IMG/VR virus record: IMGVR_UViG_3300005337_000001
Span: 1 to 64,000 of that record
DNA length: 64,000 bases
Origin: a virus
Reading direction: 5' to 3' (one strand)
Shown here one piece after another: positions 53,136 through 61,038 of this stretch. Numbering within the stretch: the stretch's first letter is position 1; each line of letters opens with the position of its first letter. Both the position numbers and the translations under genes were made by a program. Under the pieces are notes generated by a model. The model did no database searches and was not told where the DNA came from. It was given only the letters and a program-made list of their open reading frames with translations.

Positions 53136-53301
53136 GCGCGGCGTAGTCTCGGATTTGGAAGCTGCCGGTGATGGGCAGCGAGTCGAGCTTCACGTTGATG
53201 GAGCCATCAGTATTCTCGAAGGCCACACCGATGCGTGTCCAGTACTTTTTGCCGTTGCGCTCGGTGATGTTGTAGCAAATTTTGTGCTTGCCGTTGCTCA
53301 T
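53092..53301 (-). CDS. small WTRIGVAF-type (DUF736-like) protein
   Basis: YWTRIGVAFENTDGSINVKLDSLP. Confidence 0.65.
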   Translation of the reverse strand: MSNGKHKICYNITERNGKKYWTRIGVAFENTDGSINVKLDSLPITGSFQIRDYAARDEFTTKDEPEDAG

Positions 53302-53510
53302 GTGTACCTCTGTCCTTTCAAGCAGCCTTCAGTTCGTTTGTAGCCGTCCACCTTGCGTCTCTTGTCCCACGTAAGCAGCTCATGAAAGAGCTTGCAGCTC
53401 ATGTTGCTGTTGGCCGTGCCCTCCATCCAATCGCAGTCGTTCGAACAGTGCCCGTTGGTGGAGGTGGTCACGTCAACGCCCACCACGACCGGCAGTATCT
53501 TGCGGTTCAC
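53298..53510 (-). CDS. small Cys-rich protein
   Basis: CSNDCDW..CKLF..C. Confidence 0.55.
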   Translation of the reverse strand: MNRKILPVVVGVDVTTSTNGHCSNDCDWMEGTANSNMSCKLFHELLTWDKRRKVDGYKRTEGCLKGQRYT

Positions 53511-53839
53511 TTATCCCTCACAGGGCGAAACAAGGGGCGCTGGCCGCGTGCGAGCATGCGCTTGCGCATCTCGAGAGAGATTTGGTAGGCCGTGACGCTC
53601 TCGCGTTCCTTGAGCATCTCGTCTCTGATCTCGTCCCACTCCTTGCACTCGTTCGCCCACTGCTGAAGCTGCTCTTCAGTGAGGTCGCAGGACTTGAGCT
53701 CAGGCTCGCCCTCCACCATCTTGCTCTGGTCGATGCCACAGGAGCGGCAGCGTCCATGGAGACGTAGGCCAAGCTGCCCCATCTCTTCCACCTGACCGTT
53801 ACAAGCCAAGCAGATCCACGCATCGGTTTCTTCGGCCAT
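53507..53839 (-). CDS. zinc-ribbon protein
   Basis: ICLACNG..GRCRSCG. Confidence 0.6.
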   Translation of the reverse strand: MAEETDAWICLACNGQVEEMGQLGLRLHGRCRSCGIDQSKMVEGEPELKSCDLTEEQLQQWANECKEWDEIRDEMLKERESVTAYQISLEMRKRMLARGQRPLFRPVRDK

Positions 53840-53840
53840 C

Positions 53841-54095
53841 TCACAGTCCTTCCATACTTGCGGCATTGGTAGGCCAATGCGTTCCAAGAAGAGACAAGCA
53901 CTCACCTCTATGCAGATTCTCCAGACAGCAAGATTCGCTTGTGATAGGCGAGACGGAGGGGCAACCCACCTTTTTGGAGCTACCGTTGAGGTTCTCGAGA
54001 GCGCGCTCAAAGCGATCGAGCGGCGCTTCGTACTTCATGTACTGCTGATGCCTGTGCCGCTTCTTACGCAGCGCACGCTTCTGCAGCTTGTTCAT
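53841..54095 (-). CDS. basic hypothetical protein (LDRFERAL variant)
   Basis: Coupled ORF. Confidence 0.55.
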   Translation of the reverse strand: MNKLQKRALRKKRHRHQQYMKYEAPLDRFERALENLNGSSKKVGCPSVSPITSESCCLENLHRGECLSLLGTHWPTNAASMEGL

Positions 54096-54289
54096 CGCCG
54101 CCTGAGCCTTTCAAGCTCCGCTTTGTACTTCTCAGCCAGGGTGTAGGTGCCTGCTTTGTCGTACCTACGCATGCGTCTGCCGTCGATCTCGGCCTGACTG
54201 GGCCGGCTCAGCGCATCCTCCATGCTCTGTGCAAGCGCTTCGTCGAGCAGCATCTCACGCACATGCTCAGGTAGTTTTGCTTGTTTCAT
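54092..54289 (-). CDS. small helical protein (LAQSMEDAL motif)
   Basis: Coupled ORF. Confidence 0.65.
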   Translation of the reverse strand: MKQAKLPEHVREMLLDEALAQSMEDALSRPSQAEIDGRRMRRYDKAGTYTLAEKYKAELERLRRR

Positions 54290-54654
54290 CAGATGAAGTT
54301 GGCAGCATCATCGAGCGCCACCCAGTATGCTGCGCGCCCCCTGATCCTAGATGGCCGTACTCGATACCCCGCTGTCAGCGGAAGCATCAACTGCGTCCAC
54401 GGTTTGGTGGAGCTCATCGCTCGAAAGCGCTCGAGGTCGTAATCGTCGATGAACTTGCGCTGCTTGTCTTCAGGTATGTCTCGCCACTGCCCCAACACCT
54501 CCTCGTAGTACGACTTACCAGCGGCGCGCAGCGGGTAGCCCATGTACTCGCTAGACCAAGACGTACCCCAATCGATGAAGCGGTACGGAGCCAAGAGGGC
54601 AAGCTCCATGTCGTCAGCCATGAGCTCATTGAAGGGCAGCACAAGTTGTCGCAT
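54289..54654 (-). CDS. hypothetical protein
   Basis: Coupled ORF. Confidence 0.6.
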   Translation of the reverse strand: MRQLVLPFNELMADDMELALLAPYRFIDWGTSWSSEYMGYPLRAAGKSYYEEVLGQWRDIPEDKQRKFIDDYDLERFRAMSSTKPWTQLMLPLTAGYRVRPSRIRGRAAYWVALDDAANFI

Positions 54655-54945
54655 TTACGTGGATGGGCCGACGTAGTTGAAGCGATACACAGGCGTCTCG
54701 ATGTGCGTGTTCTCTTCTAAAGTAGAGCGTAGGTAATCGTGGCGGATGAAGTCGCTCCACGAGTCCTTGCCTTCGGTGGCCCATTCACGCAGGCGCGTGC
54801 GCCCCGTCTCCCCGCACACGTACACCACAAAAAGCTCATCGGTGTCATGGTGCGATGTCAGGAACAGCGCGACGTACTTACCAGGACGCTTGTGGTGCGT
54901 GTAGATGCCGGGCTTGAAGTTCTTCGGGTCTTGGTATGGTTGCAT
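54655..54945 (-). CDS. DUF1653-like protein
   Basis: PGIYTHHKRPGKYVAL..HHDTDELFVVY. Confidence 0.6.
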   Translation of the reverse strand: MQPYQDPKNFKPGIYTHHKRPGKYVALFLTSHHDTDELFVVYVCGETGRTRLREWATEGKDSWSDFIRHDYLRSTLEENTHIETPVYRFNYVGPST

Positions 54946-54951
54946 GGATCC

Positions 54952-55299
54952 TCAGTACGGTTTCAGGGGTTTGTCGTTGGGCTCGCGCACAGCACGTGCC
55001 TCTGCTTCGTCTTCTAGCCCATGGAAGAACCACTCGGTAGCTTCCGGGTAGAGGTGGGTCTCAAATTTATCACTGAAGTAGCGCAGCTCGAGCTCGGCCT
55101 TTGCTTGCCCTTCATGTCTGATGCGCACGTCACACTCCTCGCCAACACGCGGGCCTTGCCGGTGTGCGTTCTGCACGACGTACTTCATCCACGGCGTGTA
55201 GCCGTCGTGGAGCGCGCGCTCCATACGCTCGGCCATGATGTCTTCGACGTCGGCGACGATCTCTTCCAGCCCTTCCGGGCTTCTCACTTTCGCGTTCAA
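54952..55299 (-). CDS. hypothetical protein, paralog of the adjacent upstream gene (MAERMERAL motif)
   Basis: WFFHGLEDEAEAR..LKPY; TTG start overlapping the upstream stop. Confidence 0.6.
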   Translation of the reverse strand: MNAKVRSPEGLEEIVADVEDIMAERMERALHDGYTPWMKYVVQNAHRQGPRVGEECDVRIRHEGQAKAELELRYFSDKFETHLYPEATEWFFHGLEDEAEARAVREPNDKPLKPY

Positions 55300-55712
55300 T
55301 AGGGCCTCATCTTCACCTTGATAGCAGTAGGGCGCACGGTGTAGCCCTCGTATAGCTTGCGCACCTTCGCCTCGTTTTCGATGCCTTCGAAGAACCACAT
55401 ATGGCGCTTCGGTCGATGCAACCGTGACCACTCCAGCTGCGGGAAGTCGGTAGCCCCTATCCCATCAACCCACGGCTCTGGATGTGTAGTTGGTGCTTGG
55501 GTCAGCGCGTAGCGCAGCAGAATACCAGCACGACCTGAACTCTGGGTGTAGAAGCGTACTACGCAGAGCTGGTCCTTCTTGCCGTACTCGTTGTGGCTGC
55601 TGCGCGTGATGTAGTAGTACCAACCGTTGGTGAGCGCAGCTTCCATACGCGCGGCAGGATCTACAAGTTGTTCTTCAGCGCCGCCGCGGTGCACTTTTGT
55701 ATGAAGCCCCAA
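55296..55712 (-). CDS. hypothetical protein, paralog of 54952-55299 (PAARMEAAL motif)
   Basis: WFFEGIENEAKVR..MRPY. Confidence 0.6.
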   Translation of the reverse strand: MGLHTKVHRGGAEEQLVDPAARMEAALTNGWYYYITRSSHNEYGKKDQLCVVRFYTQSSGRAGILLRYALTQAPTTHPEPWVDGIGATDFPQLEWSRLHRPKRHMWFFEGIENEAKVRKLYEGYTVRPTAIKVKMRPY

Positions 55713-56263
55713 ACTTTCTCACTTTCTCCTCCAAGTCCTCCAGCAGGTCGTGCAGCTCGGAGCTGCTCCTGCGCGAGTCGACTAAGAGGGATGGTGCCGT
55801 ACCAGCGGGCCCGCCGAAGTTTGAGGGCTTCCCCCGCTCCGGCGGTGGTCCGGCAAGGGCTCGCTCCATACCTGCAGCAAGCTTGCCATTCTTCAAGTAC
55901 CAGCCTTGGTATTTCCTGGCATAGAGCTTTTTCTTTCGACGACTCATCAGGCCTCTTCGAATACGTATCGGCCAGCGCGTAGGTGCGAGCCAATATGCGG
56001 CACTCGAGCGCCGCATAGTCGATCGTGCCGGTAACCAGCATCTCGTCGTGGATGAACGTCCCCGCAATCATCTTTTGGAGAGGGGTCTTTCGTATTCCCT
56101 GACCGCCGTAGACGGTTTCGAAGTCGAAGGGGATGAGCCCCGAAGGCTTAGGCTCACGAAATGCTTTCTCCATCCCGGCGGCGAGCTTGTCCTCGTAGGC
56201 CTTGAGCCTCAAGTACCGCCTGAGCTTGCGCTCTTTCTTGGAGCGTCGCCTAAGCCTTCGCAT
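55661..56263 (-). CDS. short protein carrying family A DNA polymerase motif fragments (LAAGMEKAF motif); true end probably near 55947
   Basis: FDFET, FIHDEML and DYAALECRILA within about 45 aa. Confidence 0.5.
   Translation of the reverse strand: MRRLRRRSKKERKLRRYLRLKAYEDKLAAGMEKAFREPKPSGLIPFDFETVYGGQGIRKTPLQKMIAGTFIHDEMLVTGTIDYAALECRILARTYALADTYSKRPDESSKEKALCQEIPRLVLEEWQACCRYGASPCRTTAGAGEALKLRRARWYGTIPLSRLAQEQLRAARPAGGLGGESEKVWGFIQKCTAAALKNNL
55675..55947 (-). CDS. basic hypothetical protein (LAAGMERAL motif)
   Basis: Start re-picked at MSRRKKK. Confidence 0.6.
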   Translation of the reverse strand: MSRRKKKLYARKYQGWYLKNGKLAAGMERALAGPPPERGKPSNFGGPAGTAPSLLVDSRRSSSELHDLLEDLEEKVRKFGASYKSAPRRR

Positions 56264-56567
56264 ATTGCGGGCACCCTTCGTAGTGATGCTCGCCCTTGCT
56301 GGCCTGCAGCGACAAACGTTGCTCTTCGGGGAAGCGGTGCGGATCACATCTGCAGGTAGCTGCCAGCACGTCCATAGTCTTCTTGATCACTGCAACTTGT
56401 ACTAGCTCTGTCACAGCACGACTCTTGGCTTGCTCGAAGGCTGCAACAGCATCTTCGTAGGAACCTCCAGTGGCGCGCACCCAGACGAGACGCAGCTGAT
56501 GCTCAGACTCCAAAATCCTTTCGAAACCGCTCGCTAGCTCTTCGTCGCTCTTCGTTTCGTTCGGCAT
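56250..56567 (-). CDS. hypothetical protein (LASGFERIL motif)
   Basis: ORF. Confidence 0.6.
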   Translation of the reverse strand: MPNETKSDEELASGFERILESEHQLRLVWVRATGGSYEDAVAAFEQAKSRAVTELVQVAVIKKTMDVLAATCRCDPHRFPEEQRLSLQASKGEHHYEGCPQYAKA

Positions 56568-56799
56568 CGGTCATCGCCTCCTCTCGCTTGCGACGTTCTG
56601 TGATGAACTCAACGGTGCCCTTCCACGCCTCCTCGTAGGTGTAACCCTTGACCACCTCCATGTACAGAAGCGTGTGCCTGTGGAAGAGCCGCCCGTCAGC
56701 TGAATCGACGAGCGCCTTCTCCATGCTCGCAGCTAGCTCTTCATCACTCAGCTCGTCTGAGGATTCCTTTTCGAGGTCTTGCGACTGGGGTTGTGTCAT
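56503..56799 (-). CDS. hypothetical protein (LAASMEKAL motif)
   Basis: Start re-picked at MTQPQS. Confidence 0.6.
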   Translation of the reverse strand: MTQPQSQDLEKESSDELSDEELAASMEKALVDSADGRLFHRHTLLYMEVVKGYTYEEAWKGTVEFITERRKREEAMTDAERNEERRRASERFRKDFGV

Positions 56800-57106
56800 C
56801 TTCCACCTTGCGCTGACCAAGGAAGGCCTTGGCCTGGAGCACGGTCTCCTGCGTGCCGTTCTTGATCTTGGCACCAAGAATACTCGTTTCCTCGGGCTGC
56901 AGCTCGATGATGTGCAGAAGCTCCTTGATGAGGGAGGGCGCTTCATCTAGGCGCCAGGTCTCCTCCCGCAGCGCTTTGACTGCGCGCACCAGCGCACGAC
57001 TGCCCTTGGTGTGGACAACGCTCGGGTGCGACTCGAGCTCGTCGACGCACTCGAAGGCCGCACGGAGCACGCGCTCCTTCAGCAGGTTCACAGAAGCAAT
57101 GCTCAT
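56744..57106 (-). CDS. hypothetical helical protein
   Basis: Coupled ORF. Confidence 0.6.
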   Translation of the reverse strand: MSIASVNLLKERVLRAAFECVDELESHPSVVHTKGSRALVRAVKALREETWRLDEAPSLIKELLHIIELQPEETSILGAKIKNGTQETVLQAKAFLGQRKVEDDTTPVARPRKGILRRAE

Positions 57107-57846
57107 CGGCGTATCTCCAAAGTTCGAATGACAGCTGGGCTGAGGTAGGGGTTTGCTTTGCAGGCGTTGACGATGAACTCTTCCATCGCCTTGTCGAAGT
57201 TGCCACCGTCGTCCCGACCACCAACGCCAATGCTAGTGGCCGCGCAGGGAATCAGATTCCTCTTCGTGTTCAACACAAGAGAACGCCCACTCGGCAGCCC
57301 CCAGCTAGCGCTGTGACCAGGGAAGTACATCAACTGCTGGATGTACATGCTGCCCACATCACGATCGACGATCTCGGCATTACGTTTGGCTTCGGCCACA
57401 TGCATAGCTCGAGCTGTCGACGTTCGGTGCAGGTCAGCTTCCCAAAGCCTGGCGATCTTGCGCGGCGAGAGCGGTGATACTTCCAGGAGCTGGGCGTCCC
57501 ATTCCTCATCGTGCTCGACGGTCTCCCACCCACTCTTATGTACATCAGGGGCACCCACCTCAATGCAGAAAAGCTGGCCAGGGGCTACGCCGTTCTCGAG
57601 CGCCCAATTGCGCCATGGCTGATGCCAGCTGCGGCCGTATTCCTCCACCGTACTGCCGCTCCAGTTGATGTTCAATGCCGTGTCTAAGTCGAAGTCGCTG
57701 AGCCACCAAGGCCACCATGCCGGCGGCTCGCTGTCTTCCACCTCGTTCCACATCGGCACCTGACCAGCCGCTTCTGGGGTCAGGTCGTAATCGAAGTTGC
57801 CCCAGTGCAGGCGGTACCAGAATTTGCACAGCTCTGGCCCGTGCAC
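57103..57846 (-). CDS. Trp-rich hypothetical protein
   Basis: Start re-picked at GTG 57846; the longer N-terminus is a shadow frame of the upstream acidic tail. Confidence 0.65.
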   Translation of the reverse strand: MHGPELCKFWYRLHWGNFDYDLTPEAAGQVPMWNEVEDSEPPAWWPWWLSDFDLDTALNINWSGSTVEEYGRSWHQPWRNWALENGVAPGQLFCIEVGAPDVHKSGWETVEHDEEWDAQLLEVSPLSPRKIARLWEADLHRTSTARAMHVAEAKRNAEIVDRDVGSMYIQQLMYFPGHSASWGLPSGRSLVLNTKRNLIPCAATSIGVGGRDDGGNFDKAMEEFIVNACKANPYLSPAVIRTLEIRR

Positions 57847-57862
57847 GTTTGCAGCTGAGATG

Positions 57863-58717
57863 TCAGTCGTCGGATACTTCGTCAGCTTCTTCAGTGTCCT
57901 CAGCGTCTTCTTCGTCTTCGTCGTCAGATACGTCATCGCCAGTGCTCCTAGCGTCGGGTGATGAGTCGGCGAGCTCGTCTTTGTCCATAGGTTCCACGTT
58001 TTGGACGGTGACTTCCCACCCATCCTCTTCGAGCTGTTTTACAGCCTCGCTCACCTGATCGTCCACCGGCGTCGCCTCTTGACCATCGTCGATGACGCTC
58101 CAGTTGGGATCGCCCGACATCTTGCGCTCGACCAGCAGCTCCACGTTGTACACGGGCTCGTTGAACATCCTCGCCTGGTCGACAACCTCTTCCGAGCTCA
58201 GATTGGTCAAAAACTCGCTGATGCCAGGCTCTGTGCCGTTGAAGTCCTTACCCGTACATTCTTTGAAGAGCTGCTTGCGTTCTTCGGGCAGAAGCACGAT
58301 GACACGCATCTCGTCCATCACCCACCAGCGCTTGGTGTGATGCTTGAACCACCAATCCAGTAGGGACTGTAGCGACGGCGCATCGGCTACGGTGTAGCTG
58401 TCGGGCGCGTCCTGGTCCTCGTAGGCGTCGATGAGAAGCTGCTGCGCACTTGGCGCTTCCAACTGCACCGGCTTGCAAGGGATGAGCACGTAGGGGATGT
58501 TGATCTCGTCGATCTCAGGCTCGAAGTTCTTGCGCTCGAATGCGCCAGCCTCTTCGAGAGTCTGAAAGTAGCCCTCGTCTTCGTGAGCTTCCCACTGGAA
58601 GAAGCCCTCGGGGTGTTCGTCTTTGAACTGCTCGAGTGAGATGCGCTCCTCACCCGCATGCTCCTTGGCTACGTGCAGAGGCAATCGTCGAATAGCTTCA
58701 AGCAAAGGTGTCGTCAT
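57863..58717 (-). CDS. highly acidic hypothetical protein
   Basis: Glu/Asp-rich throughout; start MTTPLL. Confidence 0.7.
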   Translation of the reverse strand: MTTPLLEAIRRLPLHVAKEHAGEERISLEQFKDEHPEGFFQWEAHEDEGYFQTLEEAGAFERKNFEPEIDEINIPYVLIPCKPVQLEAPSAQQLLIDAYEDQDAPDSYTVADAPSLQSLLDWWFKHHTKRWWVMDEMRVIVLLPEERKQLFKECTGKDFNGTEPGISEFLTNLSSEEVVDQARMFNEPVYNVELLVERKMSGDPNWSVIDDGQEATPVDDQVSEAVKQLEEDGWEVTVQNVEPMDKDELADSSPDARSTGDDVSDDEDEEDAEDTEEADEVSDD

Positions 58718-59592
58718 TTGTCTTTGTCCTCGTTGAACTTCCTGGGATTGAATGCGATACCAGGCACTACATTGGGGTTGTTCTTGTCGTCTTCGTACAC
58801 GTAGCGCGTGGCCGCGCCCTTCTGCTCGATACGTTCGAAATTGCCGCACCGCCCGCATTCGAACAGTGTGGTCTTCGGCTCGCCCGAATCGTCTTCGAAC
58901 AGCTCCTCAAGTGAAACCTCTCGCACCACGGCAAGCTCTTCCGTCTTGGTCGCCGCCCAGCTATCGCAGCGTGGGCACTCGACACCAGGTACCTGCCAGT
59001 TCTGCGCCAGGAAGGCCTCGAGCTGAGTTAGGTCACTGGTGTCGTAGCGCCTCACGATCTCGGGCTTGGGCATGCGCCGCACCTGCTCAGCCGTGGTCTC
59101 GAAGCGCAGGTTCGCACGCACGTGCGCGTAGCGCTCTTCGTGCGCATTGAGCAGGAAGTCCACGACCTCGCCTTGCTCCAAGACCCAGGCCATGGCCGTC
59201 TCGATGCCACGCTCGACGTGCTCGTTGGCCATGCTCTTCAAGTTGATGAGCGCAGCTTCATCGTCGGTGAGCTCACTACCTATCGCCTGGGTCAACAGCC
59301 AGATGGGAGCCTCGCTGAAGCCCATGAACTTGGGGCTGCTGAGAAACTGCATGGCCTTGGAGTAAGCCACGCGCAGCAGGGTCGTATACGAGTCGACACC
59401 GTCATCGCCTCCCTTGGGTCGCGTCCCGATGCAGATAGGGAACCGACTGCAGCCGTAGAACTCGCCCTTCTTACCCACGCGCTCCATCATGGGCACGCCG
59501 CATTCCGGGCATCGCACATGCTGAAGCAGCGTTCTCTCACGCCATTTTTTCAACTTGCCTCCTAGCAGTTTGCGTCGACGAGCACACCGCAC
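58714..59592 (-). CDS. protein with topoisomerase-type C4 zinc finger and further zinc ribbons (start uncertain)
   Basis: CPECGVPMMERVGKKGEFYGCSRFPIC; CPRC..CGRC. Confidence 0.75.
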   Translation of the reverse strand: MRCARRRKLLGGKLKKWRERTLLQHVRCPECGVPMMERVGKKGEFYGCSRFPICIGTRPKGGDDGVDSYTTLLRVAYSKAMQFLSSPKFMGFSEAPIWLLTQAIGSELTDDEAALINLKSMANEHVERGIETAMAWVLEQGEVVDFLLNAHEERYAHVRANLRFETTAEQVRRMPKPEIVRRYDTSDLTQLEAFLAQNWQVPGVECPRCDSWAATKTEELAVVREVSLEELFEDDSGEPKTTLFECGRCGNFERIEQKGAATRYVYEDDKNNPNVVPGIAFNPRKFNEDKDK

Positions 59593-59972
59593 TCATCACA
59601 GCAGCGATCGAGCGCTTCCTTGGCATCACTCCAAAGCGTTGTCATAAAGCCGCTCAGGTACGGCAGGTCAGGGTAGTTACTAGCGTTGGCTTGTACAACC
59701 AACGGTGCGTTGGTCTGCGCTGACAGCGCGATCTCCATACTACGTGCAGTGCAATGCTGGCGATGGCAACGCCAACACACGACGCAGCCGTTGCTGAACG
59801 TGTAGCCGATGAGCAGGTGCACAGCCTCTGACAGCACTCCGCCCCAACGAATCTCACCGCAGTAGGTACATTCCCAACCGCTGTGGAACCGAGGGGGCGG
59901 GTTCACTTCGACGCACTGCGCGTGCGTCTTGCAATTCTGACAGGGGCTGACGGGCTTGACCCGTCGAGTCAT
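59562..59972 (-). CDS. Cys-rich protein (TARSMEIAL motif)
   Basis: CQNC..CTYC..CWRC..CDECG. Confidence 0.6.
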   Translation of the reverse strand: MTRRVKPVSPCQNCKTHAQCVEVNPPPRFHSGWECTYCGEIRWGGVLSEAVHLLIGYTFSNGCVVCWRCHRQHCTARSMEIALSAQTNAPLVVQANASNYPDLPYLSGFMTTLWSDAKEALDRCCDECGVLVDANC

Positions 59973-60280
59973 GGACTGCAGCAGGGCGCTGGCATGTGCT
60001 CTTGCTCGAGCTCGATGGCGCGCTCTACGAGCTGAGTCGCCAAGCCTTCGGGCTGGTGAAACGCGTCGAGGGCATCGAGCAGCTGCACGTGCGGAAGAAG
60101 CTCTTGGTAGAGCTCCACGGCTTTGTCGTGTTCGCCACGAGCTTTCGCTTCTGTTGCGTCGTCCTGAAGCTTGATAGCTGTGGCCATCAAGTCGTCCAAG
60201 GCGATGAAGCCACCCCGGAAAGGAATGAGCCCTCGCCCAACAGCTCCAGCGTCATCGAGCATACGATCATCACCAGCCAT
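59969..60280 (-). CDS. TPR-like helical protein
   Basis: AKARGEHDKAVELYQELL. Confidence 0.55.
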   Translation of the reverse strand: MAGDDRMLDDAGAVGRGLIPFRGGFIALDDLMATAIKLQDDATEAKARGEHDKAVELYQELLPHVQLLDALDAFHQPEGLATQLVERAIELEQEHMPAPCCSP

Positions 60281-60368
60281 GCGACACCTATCACTATCTT
60301 TAGTGCGTTGTTCATACGAGCCTTTTCCTCCGCACCGTTGAAGAGAGGCTCGCCCTTTTCGGGAAACC

Positions 60369-60587
60369 TCACTCCGACGAGTCGTCTTCAGGTGGCTGCT
60401 CTATCAGCAAATCAGCTGGTAGCGCAGGTGCCCGCAGTGCAGGCAAGCCGGAGATCTCCGGCGGTGGATTGGATGAAACGGGAGACAACGGCGGGACCGG
60501 CCATGTTGAATGATCTTCAGGCAGGTCCGGCATGGGCTGGCTCACCAGCGTCTTGTCGTTCTCCTCGTTAGCCTTTGGGATTGTCAT
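60369..60587 (-). CDS. Pro-rich hypothetical protein
   Basis: ORF. Confidence 0.45.
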   Translation of the reverse strand: MTIPKANEENDKTLVSQPMPDLPEDHSTWPVPPLSPVSSNPPPEISGLPALRAPALPADLLIEQPPEDDSSE

Positions 60588-60858
60588 CGATCCCCTTGAT
60601 CTCGTACTGCTCGGACATCTCGGCGGCCTGCCTCATCAGCTCCTCGGCGTTCTTGTGGCCCATCACCTTGCGGTAGTTGCCAATGATGCCTTTGAGCACG
60701 AGCCTGATGGCGGTCAGCTGAACCATCGTGGAATCGACTTCCAGGTTCAGCACTTCCATGATTTTGTTCACGAGCAGAAGAACGCGGTCTTCGGGAACGT
60801 CCTCGGACGGTTTTTTTAGCTGCCACTGCTGTGGCTTCGGGTCGAGAACTTTGCCCAT
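60568..60858 (-). CDS. hypothetical helical protein
   Basis: Start MGKVLD after the promoter-motif variant at 60865-60879. Confidence 0.6.
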   Translation of the reverse strand: MGKVLDPKPQQWQLKKPSEDVPEDRVLLLVNKIMEVLNLEVDSTMVQLTAIRLVLKGIIGNYRKVMGHKNAEELMRQAAEMSEQYEIKGIDDNPKG

Positions 60859-61003
60859 CGTCGTTCTTATACCTCCGAACACGGAGCGTATTACGCCCGC
60901 CGCTCAGAGCAACGTGAAGGGATGTCCAGTGGTGCATCAAGCGCGAGGGATCAGTGTGCCTCCGCCAGCAAACGAAAGGGAAGCGCGGCAAACACTTGGC
61001 CAA

Positions 61004-61016
61004 ATCGGGCATAAGA
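61004..61016 (+). promoter_or_regulatory. phage promoter-like motif ATCGGGCATAAGA
   Basis: Recurrent motif about 22 nt before the ATG at 61039. Confidence 0.75.
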
Positions 61017-61038
61017 GTAGAGAAGGAGGAACTACAAC

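Noticed and set aside
57847-58023. Basic N-terminal extension MTYLTTKTKKTLRTLKKLTK of ORF 57103-58023
   Set aside because: It is the frame-shifted reading of the upstream gene's GAC/GAA acidic tail.
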